Below, piece after piece: positions 27,429-35,942 of a DNA stretch of 64,000 nt. Under the pieces are notes generated by a model that saw only the letters and a program-made list of their open reading frames with translations, ran no database searches and was not told the DNA's origin. Source of the stretch: Stagnimonas sp. (GTDB lineage: Bacteria; Pseudomonadota; Gammaproteobacteria; Nevskiales; Nevskiaceae); the NCBI GenBank assembly GCA_965279705.1, contig OZ257257.1:2715113-2779112 (forward strand), in the 5' to 3' direction. Both the position numbers and the translations under genes were made by a program. Positions within the stretch are counted from its first letter, which is position 1; each line of letters opens with the position of its first letter.

Positions 27429-29882
27429 TTAAAACGAGTACTTCGCAAAGGCTTTGATCGTGTCGCGGTCACGGAACAAATTGGCATTGCCGGCACCGCT
27501 CCACAGCTGGTAGCCAATGTTGAAAGAGGTCTTGTCGCGGTAGCGCATCTCGATGTTGGTGTCCCACAGCGTGCGGCCCTCCACGTAGTTGGAGAGATAG
27601 CCCGGCGAGTGGCCGAACAGGTCGTGCTTGAAGATGATTTGCGGCGCGATGCTGATGTCCGGCAGCACGTTCTCCCAACGGATCAGCCAGACAAAACCCA
27701 CGCCACCGGAGAACTTGGTGGGGTAGAGATTCAGTGGTGCCTGGTGCGGGTTGAAGCGCAAGCCATCCGCGCCGAACACACAGGCCTGATTGCTGGAGCA
27801 AGCCTGCTGCGAGCCATCGGCACCCGAACCATCGGCACCGGCAGTGGGGCTGGTGAAAGTGCCGGGCACCGCGAGGGCCAGTTCTTCCAGATGCGGAATG
27901 CCCACATAGCGGAAGCCGATCTCTGGCAGCCAGATCACTTGGTCAGCACCGAGCAGGCGAGCCGTGAAGTCGGTATTGCCCTCGACGTAGGTGGCACCGA
28001 AATCCAGCGAAAGCGTCTTGAAGGTTTCCCAGCCGCGGATATAGCTATTGGCCGGGTTGGTGCCTAGCGTGCCGCCGCGGTACGGAATGATGAAGTTGGG
28101 GAAGGAACGCCCCGAACCTGGCAAATGGCCGACGACGAGATCGAAAGTGTCTGGAAAGGCACCTGCACCATTTGCCGTGGTGTAGTTGCTGGAGGGATAG
28201 AGTCCGGTCAACCCATTGGCCTGGGTTCCGCTGCCGGCGGTGCTGCCCGCGCAACCGGGTGCCAGATGGCAGTTGGTGAGCGTAGGCCCCAAGCCCGCAA
28301 AAACGAGATCGACGATGTCCACCTGCAGGGGGTCATGGGGCCGGTAGGCCGCCTCACCCTGAAACGAGACATCGCCGAAGCTGGTGTTGAAACTGAAGCC
28401 GAACATCTTGATGTTGCGCGGATACTCGAGCTGCACCTTCACCGAGTCCAGGGAGAGCGCGCTGTCGGTGGCCCCTGCTGGGTCGTTGGCCCTGTGCAGC
28501 AATGGGATGTCGGGGCAATCGCCCAGAAACTCGAGCGTGCTGGTGGAGTTCTTCGAGCAGGACTCGTCGGCAGAGAACACGCTCACCATCGGAATGCGTG
28601 AGGTGTAGTTGGCAAAGTAGAAGCCGAGGTTGGTGCCGTTGTTGAGCCAGTCGGCGGTGTAGGTGAGTTTGAGGCCGTAGTTGTTGTCGATGTCCTTGGG
28701 GTTGTCGTCCCGCAGCCGCTCGGCGCGCGAAGTGGTGTTGGTGATGAGCGTCAGCGGGTTGTCGATGAGCCTGCCCACGCCATCCTCATCCGGCGTGAGG
28801 TTGCCGAAACTGATGCTGACGTAGTCCGGCCCCTCGTTGAGCGTGCCGAGATTGACGGGTGAGTAGAAGCCGCCATAAGCCGGCAACTCGACGGGCCGAA
28901 ACTCCAGGGCATACCAGCCCGAGATGTTGGTGTTGTCGGTGGGATTGGTGCCGAAGCTGAAGGCATTGAGTGGCTGGTAGAAGTCATCCAGCCCGTTGCC
29001 GCCGACGCGGAAGAAGTTGTTGAGGTCGGGCGGGTTCAGCACGTTGATGGAGTCGAAGAACTGCAACGTCGCCTCGCCCCAGATCACCTGCTGCTTGCCG
29101 AGGCGCACCGCGACATCGAGCGTATCGAAGAAGTTGATCGAGCCCGTGACGTTGATGTCGAGCAGCTGGAGACCGAGCCCGATTTCGCGATCTACCCGAC
29201 CGCCACGCTGCCGCTCCACCCGGCCGCCCGGCCCGTAGACGATGCCGCAAGGCAGCAAGTTGCCGGGGTTGCGATTGGCCGGGCAAGGCGTGGAATCGGT
29301 GCGCGCACCAAGCGTCGGCAGTGCGACGCTGCCGGGGAATGTGGTGTAGCCCACATCCTGCAAGTTCTCATCGGTGATGAGGTTGGGATGGGTCTGTTTG
29401 AAGCGGTAGTTGACCGGGTCATAGATCGCAATGGCCTTGGCGAACACGAACCAGTCCTTCCAGCCGAAGGTGACATCCTGGTTGAGGCGGAACAGGCCCT
29501 GAGCGAGATCCCACTGCTCGTAGTTGATATTGCCTTGGTCGAAATTGGGACTGAAGGACCCTGGCGCTGCGGCGAGGTGCTCGGCGGCAAAGGTCTGCCC
29601 GGTGAACAGCCCCTGACAGGCTTGGTAATAGCTGCTGGTGCCAGTCCGCCCGCAGACTTCGGGGTCGAGATTGTTCTTGGAAATGGTGGACTTGTCTTGC
29701 GGTTCGGCGCGAACCGCCACACCACCGATGAAGGTGCTGTTGTAAACCAGATCAATCGGCTGGTCGCCGATGAAGGGGATCTTGACCTGACCAGCACCCG
29801 CACTCTGCACAGCAAGCCCTAACAACAGCGCGGCCAATCCCTGTGCTTTACGTGAACGCAATCCCTGCGACTTCTTCGCCAT
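27429..29882 (-). CDS. DUF1302 family outer-membrane protein (copy 2, long form)
   Basis: 817 aa. Canonical signal peptide 'GLAALLLGLAVQSAGA', 'QQVIWGEATLQFFDS' block and C-terminal 'FAKYSF'. A-rich leader with SD GAGAGGAGAG. Confidence 0.75.
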   Translation of the reverse strand: MAKKSQGLRSRKAQGLAALLLGLAVQSAGAGQVKIPFIGDQPIDLVYNSTFIGGVAVRAEPQDKSTISKNNLDPEVCGRTGTSSYYQACQGLFTGQTFAAEHLAAAPGSFSPNFDQGNINYEQWDLAQGLFRLNQDVTFGWKDWFVFAKAIAIYDPVNYRFKQTHPNLITDENLQDVGYTTFPGSVALPTLGARTDSTPCPANRNPGNLLPCGIVYGPGGRVERQRGGRVDREIGLGLQLLDINVTGSINFFDTLDVAVRLGKQQVIWGEATLQFFDSINVLNPPDLNNFFRVGGNGLDDFYQPLNAFSFGTNPTDNTNISGWYALEFRPVELPAYGGFYSPVNLGTLNEGPDYVSISFGNLTPDEDGVGRLIDNPLTLITNTTSRAERLRDDNPKDIDNNYGLKLTYTADWLNNGTNLGFYFANYTSRIPMVSVFSADESCSKNSTSTLEFLGDCPDIPLLHRANDPAGATDSALSLDSVKVQLEYPRNIKMFGFSFNTSFGDVSFQGEAAYRPHDPLQVDIVDLVFAGLGPTLTNCHLAPGCAGSTAGSGTQANGLTGLYPSSNYTTANGAGAFPDTFDLVVGHLPGSGRSFPNFIIPYRGGTLGTNPANSYIRGWETFKTLSLDFGATYVEGNTDFTARLLGADQVIWLPEIGFRYVGIPHLEELALAVPGTFTSPTAGADGSGADGSQQACSSNQACVFGADGLRFNPHQAPLNLYPTKFSGGVGFVWLIRWENVLPDISIAPQIIFKHDLFGHSPGYLSNYVEGRTLWDTNIEMRYRDKTSFNIGYQLWSGAGNANLFRDRDTIKAFAKYSF

Positions 29883-29965
29883 GTGCTCTCCTCTCTCATT
29901 TGTTTTTTGTTGTTTCCAGACTGGTCAGGTGTTACCCCTGGCTCAGGTGCCGCTCAAAGCTCGCT

Positions 29966-31363
29966 CTAGTGGATCGCCACGAAGTCCGGTTTCTCGCGCA
30001 CTGCGCAGTGCGGGCAAGGCCAGTCTTCCGGCAGGGCCTGCCAGGCGGTGCCTGCCGGGTAACCCTCGGCCGGACAGCCTTGCGCGCTGTCGTAGACGTA
30101 CTGGCAATTCGGGCACTGGTGCCGTGCGGCAAGCGCGCCGGCGGTGACCGGTTTGATGGGCGCACCGATGTGCGTGATGACCGCAGTCGAGCCATCGCCC
30201 CATTGCCGCAGCAGGCGTTCGCGCGCGGGCGGATGCAGACTGGCCTTGCTCAAATCACCGCCGTGGTGTGCGACCACCTTCGAGTCCATGAGCCAGTACC
30301 ACAGCGGTGGCAGATAGGCGGCGAGCACCATCGCCGCATAGCCGGAGGGCAGCTGCGGGCTGTCCTCGAAATGCCGCAGGGCCTGGTAGCGGCGCGTCGG
30401 GTTGGCGTGGTGGTCGGAATGTCGCTGCAACTGATACAGAAAGAGATTGCTGACGATGTGGTTCGAGTTCCAGGAGTGACGCGGCTGGCAGCGTTCAACG
30501 CGGCCGTTGGCGTCCTTCAAGCGCATCAGGCCGTAGTGTTCGAGGTAGTTCACTACCTCCAAGAGACTGAAGCCATAGACGGCCTGTGCGACCAGAAACA
30601 CCAGCGCCCAAGGGCCGAGCCAGACGGTGAGCGCGCCGAACATCAGCACCGTCATCACCCAGGCTTGCAGGTTCTCGTTCTTCACCGACCACACCGGCTT
30701 GCCCAAGCGCGCCAGCCGCTCGCGCTCGATACCCCAGGCAGATTTCACGCTGCCCACCACCGTGCGCGGCCAAAAGGCCCAGAAGCTCTCGCCCATGCGC
30801 GAGCTTGCCGGGTCATCGAAAGTCGCCACGTTTTTGTGGTGGCCCTTGTTGTGCTCGATGAAGAAATGACCGTAGGCCACGGGTGCGAGCGTGATCTTCG
30901 CCAGCCAGCGTTCGAGCGCGCTGGTCTTGTGGCCCAGTTCGTGGGCGGTGTTGATACCCACGCCATTGGCCATGCCGCAGGCCACGACCAGGCCGATCAG
31001 CGAAACCCAATCCAGGTTGCCCTGCACCGCGAGCCAAGCGCCCGCGATGGTGGCCACGTACTGGCTGGGGATATAGGCGATAACGATTCGCAGGTAATAG
31101 CGGTCGGCATCGAGCGCAGTGACGGCCGACTCCGGCGCATTGATCGGGTCTTCGCCGATGAACCAGTCGAAGAACGGTACGATGCCGTAGAAGATGAAGG
31201 GCAGCGACCACAGCAACCAGCCCGGTGCACCATTGGCCACCGCGACGATGGAAGCCGCGCCCACCAGTGGCAGGGCCGGGCTTAAAAGCCACAACCAACG
31301 TTTGCCGTCCACCCAAGGGGCAGCATTATTTGTATTCGGTGCGACGTTAGTGATCGTCGTCAT
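29966..31363 (-). CDS. alkB: Alkane 1-monooxygenase fused to a C-terminal rubredoxin domain
   Basis: 465 aa from ATG 31363 (SD GGAGGAG). AlkB His boxes 'HELGHK', 'EHNKGHH', 'NYLEHYGL' and 'LQRHSDHH'. The C-terminal rubredoxin 'HQCPNCQYVYD...PEDWPCPHC' has two CxxC pairs. Confidence 0.9.
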   Translation of the reverse strand: MTTITNVAPNTNNAAPWVDGKRWLWLLSPALPLVGAASIVAVANGAPGWLLWSLPFIFYGIVPFFDWFIGEDPINAPESAVTALDADRYYLRIVIAYIPSQYVATIAGAWLAVQGNLDWVSLIGLVVACGMANGVGINTAHELGHKTSALERWLAKITLAPVAYGHFFIEHNKGHHKNVATFDDPASSRMGESFWAFWPRTVVGSVKSAWGIERERLARLGKPVWSVKNENLQAWVMTVLMFGALTVWLGPWALVFLVAQAVYGFSLLEVVNYLEHYGLMRLKDANGRVERCQPRHSWNSNHIVSNLFLYQLQRHSDHHANPTRRYQALRHFEDSPQLPSGYAAMVLAAYLPPLWYWLMDSKVVAHHGGDLSKASLHPPARERLLRQWGDGSTAVITHIGAPIKPVTAGALAARHQCPNCQYVYDSAQGCPAEGYPAGTAWQALPEDWPCPHCAVREKPDFVAIH

Positions 31364-31422
31364 GGCGGGTCTCCTCCGCTGTGTAATGCAGCGCAGTGTC
31401 GCGGAAGCCCATCCCGTCAGGC

Positions 31423-31458
31423 CTGTCATTTCGCGCCTATTTGCTGTCATATTGCGCC
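31423..31458. promoter_or_regulatory. Direct repeat CTGTCATTTCGCGCC / CTGTCATATTGCGCC, 21 bp start-to-start (candidate AraC-type activator site)
   Basis: Read from the alkB/AraC divergent intergenic region. The repeat proximal to alkB ends about 60 nt upstream of the alkB ATG. Confidence 0.4.
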
Positions 31459-31481
31459 ACCGTGTGGCTTGAGGAGCTGGG

Positions 31482-32564
31482 ATGGATCACGCACTGCTGC
31501 GGGTGCCTGCGCGCTATTACGCACGGCTGGCCGATGTGCTCGTCGCCGAGCGGCTCGATCTCGCGCCGGTATTGCGCGAAGTGCGGTTGCCAGCCGATGC
31601 GCTGACCCGGCCCAACGCGATGCTGAGCCTCGCTCAGGTCGAGCGTCTGCTGGCAGGCTTGCGCGTGCGCAGCATGCGCACCGACCTTGGCTTCGAGGTC
31701 GGCAAGCTGCTCAGCGTCAGCGCTCACAGCTTTGTCGGATTCGGGATGCTCAACAGCCCCAATGTCGCGCAGGCCCTGCACTTCATGTCGCGTCACTTCC
31801 GGCTGATCATGCCGAGTTTCAGCCTGCGCTTTATCTGCAAGCCGGAGCATGGCGAGCTGCATTTTTCGCCGACGGTGGCCATGAGCCACGAGGCCCTGCT
31901 GTTTCACATCGAGGCCATCGGCATGGCGGCCGTGCGCGAGGTGCGCGACCTCTCGGATGGCCGCATGCTGGAGGCGCAGCTCGACCTCGCCATGCCGCCA
32001 CCGCCCCATGCGGATCGTTATCGCGCGCTGCCCAGGCTGAAAGTGAATTTCCACTCTGAACTTGGCCCTGCGGTATGCCTGCGGGTGAGCGGCAATCTCG
32101 ATGCCCTGCCGATCATCTCTGCCGACACCAGCGCCCTGCGCGTGGCGGAAGAACGCTGCCGCCTGTTGATTGAGCAGGCGACCGAGGCGCGCGGACTGGG
32201 TGAGCTGATCGCCATGACCCTGCGCCAATCTGGAGACGGGCTGCCTTCGGAGCAAGAGATTGCCCACATGTTCAACATCTCGCAGCGCACGCTCAACCGC
32301 TACCTGCAGCATGAGCAAACCAGTTTTCGCGAGATCAACCGCACCGTGCAGCATGCACTGGCGCAAGAGCGACTTGTGGCCGGGCGCATGACCATCAGCG
32401 AGATCGCCTACTCGCTGGGCTTCAGCGACGCCGCCAATTTCACCCGCGCCTTCCGCAACATCGAGGGCTGTTCTCCGAAAGCGTTTCAGCGAAGAGCCAT
32501 TGAATCTGCCGGTACCCATCGTACGACTGCGGCTGAAGCTGCTGCTCTTGTTCGTGGTGCCTGA
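31482..32564 (+). CDS. AraC family transcriptional regulator (AraC-binding-like N-domain + HTH)
   Basis: 360 aa. C-terminal HTH 'ISEIAYSLGFSDAANFTRAFRNIEGCSPKAF'. Divergent from alkB. Confidence 0.85.
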   Translation: MDHALLRVPARYYARLADVLVAERLDLAPVLREVRLPADALTRPNAMLSLAQVERLLAGLRVRSMRTDLGFEVGKLLSVSAHSFVGFGMLNSPNVAQALHFMSRHFRLIMPSFSLRFICKPEHGELHFSPTVAMSHEALLFHIEAIGMAAVREVRDLSDGRMLEAQLDLAMPPPPHADRYRALPRLKVNFHSELGPAVCLRVSGNLDALPIISADTSALRVAEERCRLLIEQATEARGLGELIAMTLRQSGDGLPSEQEIAHMFNISQRTLNRYLQHEQTSFREINRTVQHALAQERLVAGRMTISEIAYSLGFSDAANFTRAFRNIEGCSPKAFQRRAIESAGTHRTTAAEAAALVRGA

Positions 32565-32725
32565 CGGATCTACTCGGCAAACTGTGAATTGCTTTTGAGC
32601 GGCTCGTGCTAGGGCGTGTCATCAATAATCAGGCCATCGTCCCAGGCTCGCCGGATACTACGAAAGAGTGAGGGCGATACCCGGTGGCAGGCCGATACTG
32701 CGGCCATAAAATCGAGGAGAGCCCC

Positions 32726-34882
32726 ATGACATTTGTCGCCCAGACAAAGCACATCCACCGCCTGCTGCTGGCTGTTTCGCTCGCGGTCGCTTCAGCCTTC
32801 ACCGCGCAGGCCGCGAGCGAGATCGACAACGCCGCACTCGCCAATGAGGCCGATGGCAACAACTGGGCGGCGTGGGGACGCACCTTCAGCGAGCAGCGCT
32901 TCAGTCCGCTCGACCAGATCAACAAGCAAACCGTCTCGCGTCTGGGCCTCGCCTGGTCGATGGAGCTGCCGGATGTGTGGAACGTGTCGAGCGCGCCGGT
33001 GGCGGTTGATGGCGTACTCTATTTCGCGGTCGGTTACAGCGTGGTGCACGCGGTGGATGCCGTCAGTGGCAAGCTGCTGTGGAAGTACGACCCCAAGGTC
33101 AGCAGCCAGAAGATGCGCATGGCCTGGGGCATTCGTGGCCTCGCGTATTGGAAGGGCAAGATCTACACCGGCGTGCAGGACGGCCGCCTATTCGCGCTCG
33201 ACGCCAAGACCGGCACGCTGGTGTGGGAAACCCTCACAACCGAGCCCGGCGACAACCGCTACATCACCGGCGCGCCGCGCGTGTTCAACGGCAAGGTCAT
33301 CATCGGCCACGGCGGTGCGGACTTTGGCCACGTGCGCGGCTACGTCACCGCCTACGACGCCGAGACCGGCAAGCAGGATTGGCGCTGGTACGTGGTGCCG
33401 GGCAACCCCGCCGACGGCTTCGAGAACAAGGCGATGGAAGAAGCCGCCAAGACCTGGAGCGGCGAGTGGTGGAAGTTCGGCGGTGGCGGCACGGTGTGGA
33501 ATGCCATGACCTACGACCCCGAGTTCAATCGCATCTATATCGGCACCGGCAACGGCTCGCCGTGGAACGCCAAGCTGCGCAACCCCAAGGGCGGCGACAA
33601 CCTGTATCTCTGCTCGGTGGTCGCACTCGATGCCGACACCGGCGAATACCTCTGGCACTACCAGACCACGCCGAACGAGACCTGGGATTTCAACTCGACG
33701 ATGGACATGGTGACCGCCACCGTCGACATCGACGGCAAGCCGCGCAAGGTGCTGATGCACGCGCCGAAGAACGGCTTCTTCTACATGCTCGATCGCGAAA
33801 CCGGAAAACTTATTTCCGCAGAGAAACTAGGCAAGGTCACCTGGGCCGAGAAGGTCGACATGACCACCGGCCGGCCGGTGGAAGTGAAAGGCGCGCGCTA
33901 CGAAAACGGCGAGGCACTGACTTGGCCCGGCTCCGGCGGCATGCACAACTGGCAGCCCATGGCCTACAGCCCTGACAGCAAGCTGGTCTACATCCCGGCG
34001 CGCGAAATGCCGGGCTATTACAACGACAAGGAGATCAATCCCCGCACTTGGCAGATGGACAAGGACGGCCCGCTCGGTATCGCCGGCTTCTTTGACGATG
34101 TGCCAAAAAACGCCGGCAGCAGTTCGCTGTTGGCGTGGAACCCCGTGACCCAGACCAAGGCCTGGTCGCTGCCCACGCCGGGCGCGACTGCCGGCGGCGT
34201 GATTGCCACCCATGGCGGCCTGGTGTTTCAGGGGCAGGCCGACGGCAAGTTCGTTGCGCACGATGCCGACACCGGCGCGGAACTGTGGAGTGCCAATCTC
34301 GGTGTCGGCACGCAGGCGCCACCGATCACCTACATGGTCGATGGCAAGCAGTACGTCAGCGTGCTCGCCGGTTGGGCCGGTGGGCAGATGCTCTTGGGTT
34401 CGCTGTCGGCGCAGCACGGCTGGGTGGGGCGCGATCACCCGCGCCGCATGCTCACCTATGTGCTCGATGGCAATGCCGCGCTGCCGCCCTCGCCGCCCCC
34501 GACTGAGACCAAGGTGCTGCACGACCCCAGCTTCAAGATCGACCCCGAGCTCGTCGCTAAGGGCCGGTTGATCTATGCCAAGAACTGCACGATCTGCCAT
34601 GGCACCGGCGTGGTCGCCGGCGGCGCGGCGCCCGACCTGAGGGCTTCCGCTGTGCCGCTGTCGAAGGAGGCTTTTGCCGCCATCGTGCAAGGCGGTGCGC
34701 TGGAGAGCCGCGGCATGCCCAAGTTTGCGGAGTTCACGCCGGAGGAGCTGGATGCGATGCGCCACCACATCCGCGATCGCGCCGAATACGAGCCAACGCT
34801 GTGGTCGCAGGTCAGCGCCATCTGGGGCTTCATCGTGCTGATGGTCAAGATGCAGCTGGTGAAATACGGCTGGATCAGTTGA
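32726..34882 (+). CDS. PQQ-dependent quinohemoprotein alcohol dehydrogenase
   Basis: 718 aa from ATG 32726 (SD GAGGAGA). Signal peptide 'LLLAVSLAVASAFTAQA', PQQ propeller blocks ('GDNLYLCSVVALDADTGEYLWHYQTTPNETWDF') and a C-terminal cytochrome c motif 'CTICHG'. Confidence 0.9.
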   Translation: MTFVAQTKHIHRLLLAVSLAVASAFTAQAASEIDNAALANEADGNNWAAWGRTFSEQRFSPLDQINKQTVSRLGLAWSMELPDVWNVSSAPVAVDGVLYFAVGYSVVHAVDAVSGKLLWKYDPKVSSQKMRMAWGIRGLAYWKGKIYTGVQDGRLFALDAKTGTLVWETLTTEPGDNRYITGAPRVFNGKVIIGHGGADFGHVRGYVTAYDAETGKQDWRWYVVPGNPADGFENKAMEEAAKTWSGEWWKFGGGGTVWNAMTYDPEFNRIYIGTGNGSPWNAKLRNPKGGDNLYLCSVVALDADTGEYLWHYQTTPNETWDFNSTMDMVTATVDIDGKPRKVLMHAPKNGFFYMLDRETGKLISAEKLGKVTWAEKVDMTTGRPVEVKGARYENGEALTWPGSGGMHNWQPMAYSPDSKLVYIPAREMPGYYNDKEINPRTWQMDKDGPLGIAGFFDDVPKNAGSSSLLAWNPVTQTKAWSLPTPGATAGGVIATHGGLVFQGQADGKFVAHDADTGAELWSANLGVGTQAPPITYMVDGKQYVSVLAGWAGGQMLLGSLSAQHGWVGRDHPRRMLTYVLDGNAALPPSPPPTETKVLHDPSFKIDPELVAKGRLIYAKNCTICHGTGVVAGGAAPDLRASAVPLSKEAFAAIVQGGALESRGMPKFAEFTPEELDAMRHHIRDRAEYEPTLWSQVSAIWGFIVLMVKMQLVKYGWIS

Positions 34883-34898
34883 GGCAAACGCGTCTGCA

Positions 34899-35942
34899 AT
34901 GGGCGCATCATCTGCGCCCATGAACAGCTCGCCGACCCCGCTCCCGGAATTGCTGGCCGCCGCACAAGCGGGCGAACCGGCTTTTGGATTTGCAACACCC
35001 GCAGAGCAGCCCGCGCTGTTGCTGGATGCCGACTGGCGCGCGCAAGGCCTGTCACTCGCGCAAGCAGCGGAGCTGGCGGCGTGGCTGCGGCAGCAATCCT
35101 GCCCCACCATTGCCATAGCCGGTACAGAAGCCGATGCGGTCCTCGCCGCCGCGTGCGATGTGCAGGTCGCGACTGCACACGAAGCCACAGCACTCGCTGC
35201 CCACATCGCCCACAGCCCCTTGGCCGCCACGGTGCTGGTGCAATTGCTGCGCATCACCGACGCGATGCCGCTGGCGGATGCGCTGATCGCCGAATCGCTG
35301 GCCTATTCCACGCTGCAAGCCGGGCCCGAGTTCCGCCGCTGGCTCGCTGCACACCCACCGCAACCTGTTCCCGCCGACGACGAGGGCGCTGCCGTGTTGA
35401 TGCAGCGCGACGACGACACCCTGCGGCTGCAACTCAATCGTCCAAGTCAGCACAACGCGATGTCGGTGGAAATGCGCGACGCGCTGATGGAGGCGCTGCA
35501 ACTGGTGCTGGCCGACGACAGCATCGCCAAGGTGCAGATCAGTGGCTTGGGCAGATGTTTTTCCACCGGCGGCGAACTCCGCGAGTTCGGCACCGCGCCC
35601 GACCCCGCCACCGCGCACTGGGTGCGCGGCCTGGCGCTGCCGGGGCGTCTGCTGGCGCGTTGTGCGGCGCGGGTGGAGGTGCGCGTGCATGGCGCCTGTA
35701 TCGGTTCCGGCATCGAGTTTCCGGCGTTTGCCGGGCGCTTGATCGCAGCGCCCGATGCCTACTTTCAATTGCCGGAACTCAAGTTCGGGCTGATTCCCGG
35801 TGCGGGTGGCTGTATCAGCATCGCGCGTCGCATCGGTCGGCAGCGCACAGCCTGGCTGGCGCTGTCGGGCCAGCGCATCAACGCGCAAACCGCACTCGAC
35901 TGGGGTTTGGTCGATGCCATCGAAGCACGAACCACCGCGTGA
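34899..35942 (+). CDS. Crotonase-superfamily protein with atypical domain order
   Basis: 347 aa. Residues about 165-347 carry the crotonase spiral core ('LNRPSQHNAMS', 'GRCFSTGGEL', 'HGACIGSGIEF', 'GLIPGAGG'). Residues about 60-150 resemble the normally C-terminal helical domain. Confidence 0.65.
   Translation: MGASSAPMNSSPTPLPELLAAAQAGEPAFGFATPAEQPALLLDADWRAQGLSLAQAAELAAWLRQQSCPTIAIAGTEADAVLAAACDVQVATAHEATALAAHIAHSPLAATVLVQLLRITDAMPLADALIAESLAYSTLQAGPEFRRWLAAHPPQPVPADDEGAAVLMQRDDDTLRLQLNRPSQHNAMSVEMRDALMEALQLVLADDSIAKVQISGLGRCFSTGGELREFGTAPDPATAHWVRGLALPGRLLARCAARVEVRVHGACIGSGIEFPAFAGRLIAAPDAYFQLPELKFGLIPGAGGCISIARRIGRQRTAWLALSGQRINAQTALDWGLVDAIEARTTA

Noticed and set aside
32653-32699. Three CGATAC(T/C)-like motifs upstream of the alcohol dehydrogenase gene.
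   Set aside because: The motifs are short (6-7 nt), irregularly spaced (22 and 18 nt) and easily expected by chance. I did not report them as a site.
32685-32701. TGGCAG-N-TACTGC upstream of the PQQ alcohol dehydrogenase, resembling a sigma-54 promoter.
   Set aside because: The GG to GC spacing is 12 nt instead of the invariant 10, and the -12 element is poor. No enhancer-binding-protein gene is nearby.
35081-35938. First roughly 285 codons of the 479-aa ORF 35081-36520.
   Set aside because: This part overlaps the crotonase-like gene in another frame and has an Arg/Ala/Gly-rich junk composition. Only the last 193 codons, from GTG 35939, match AcpH.
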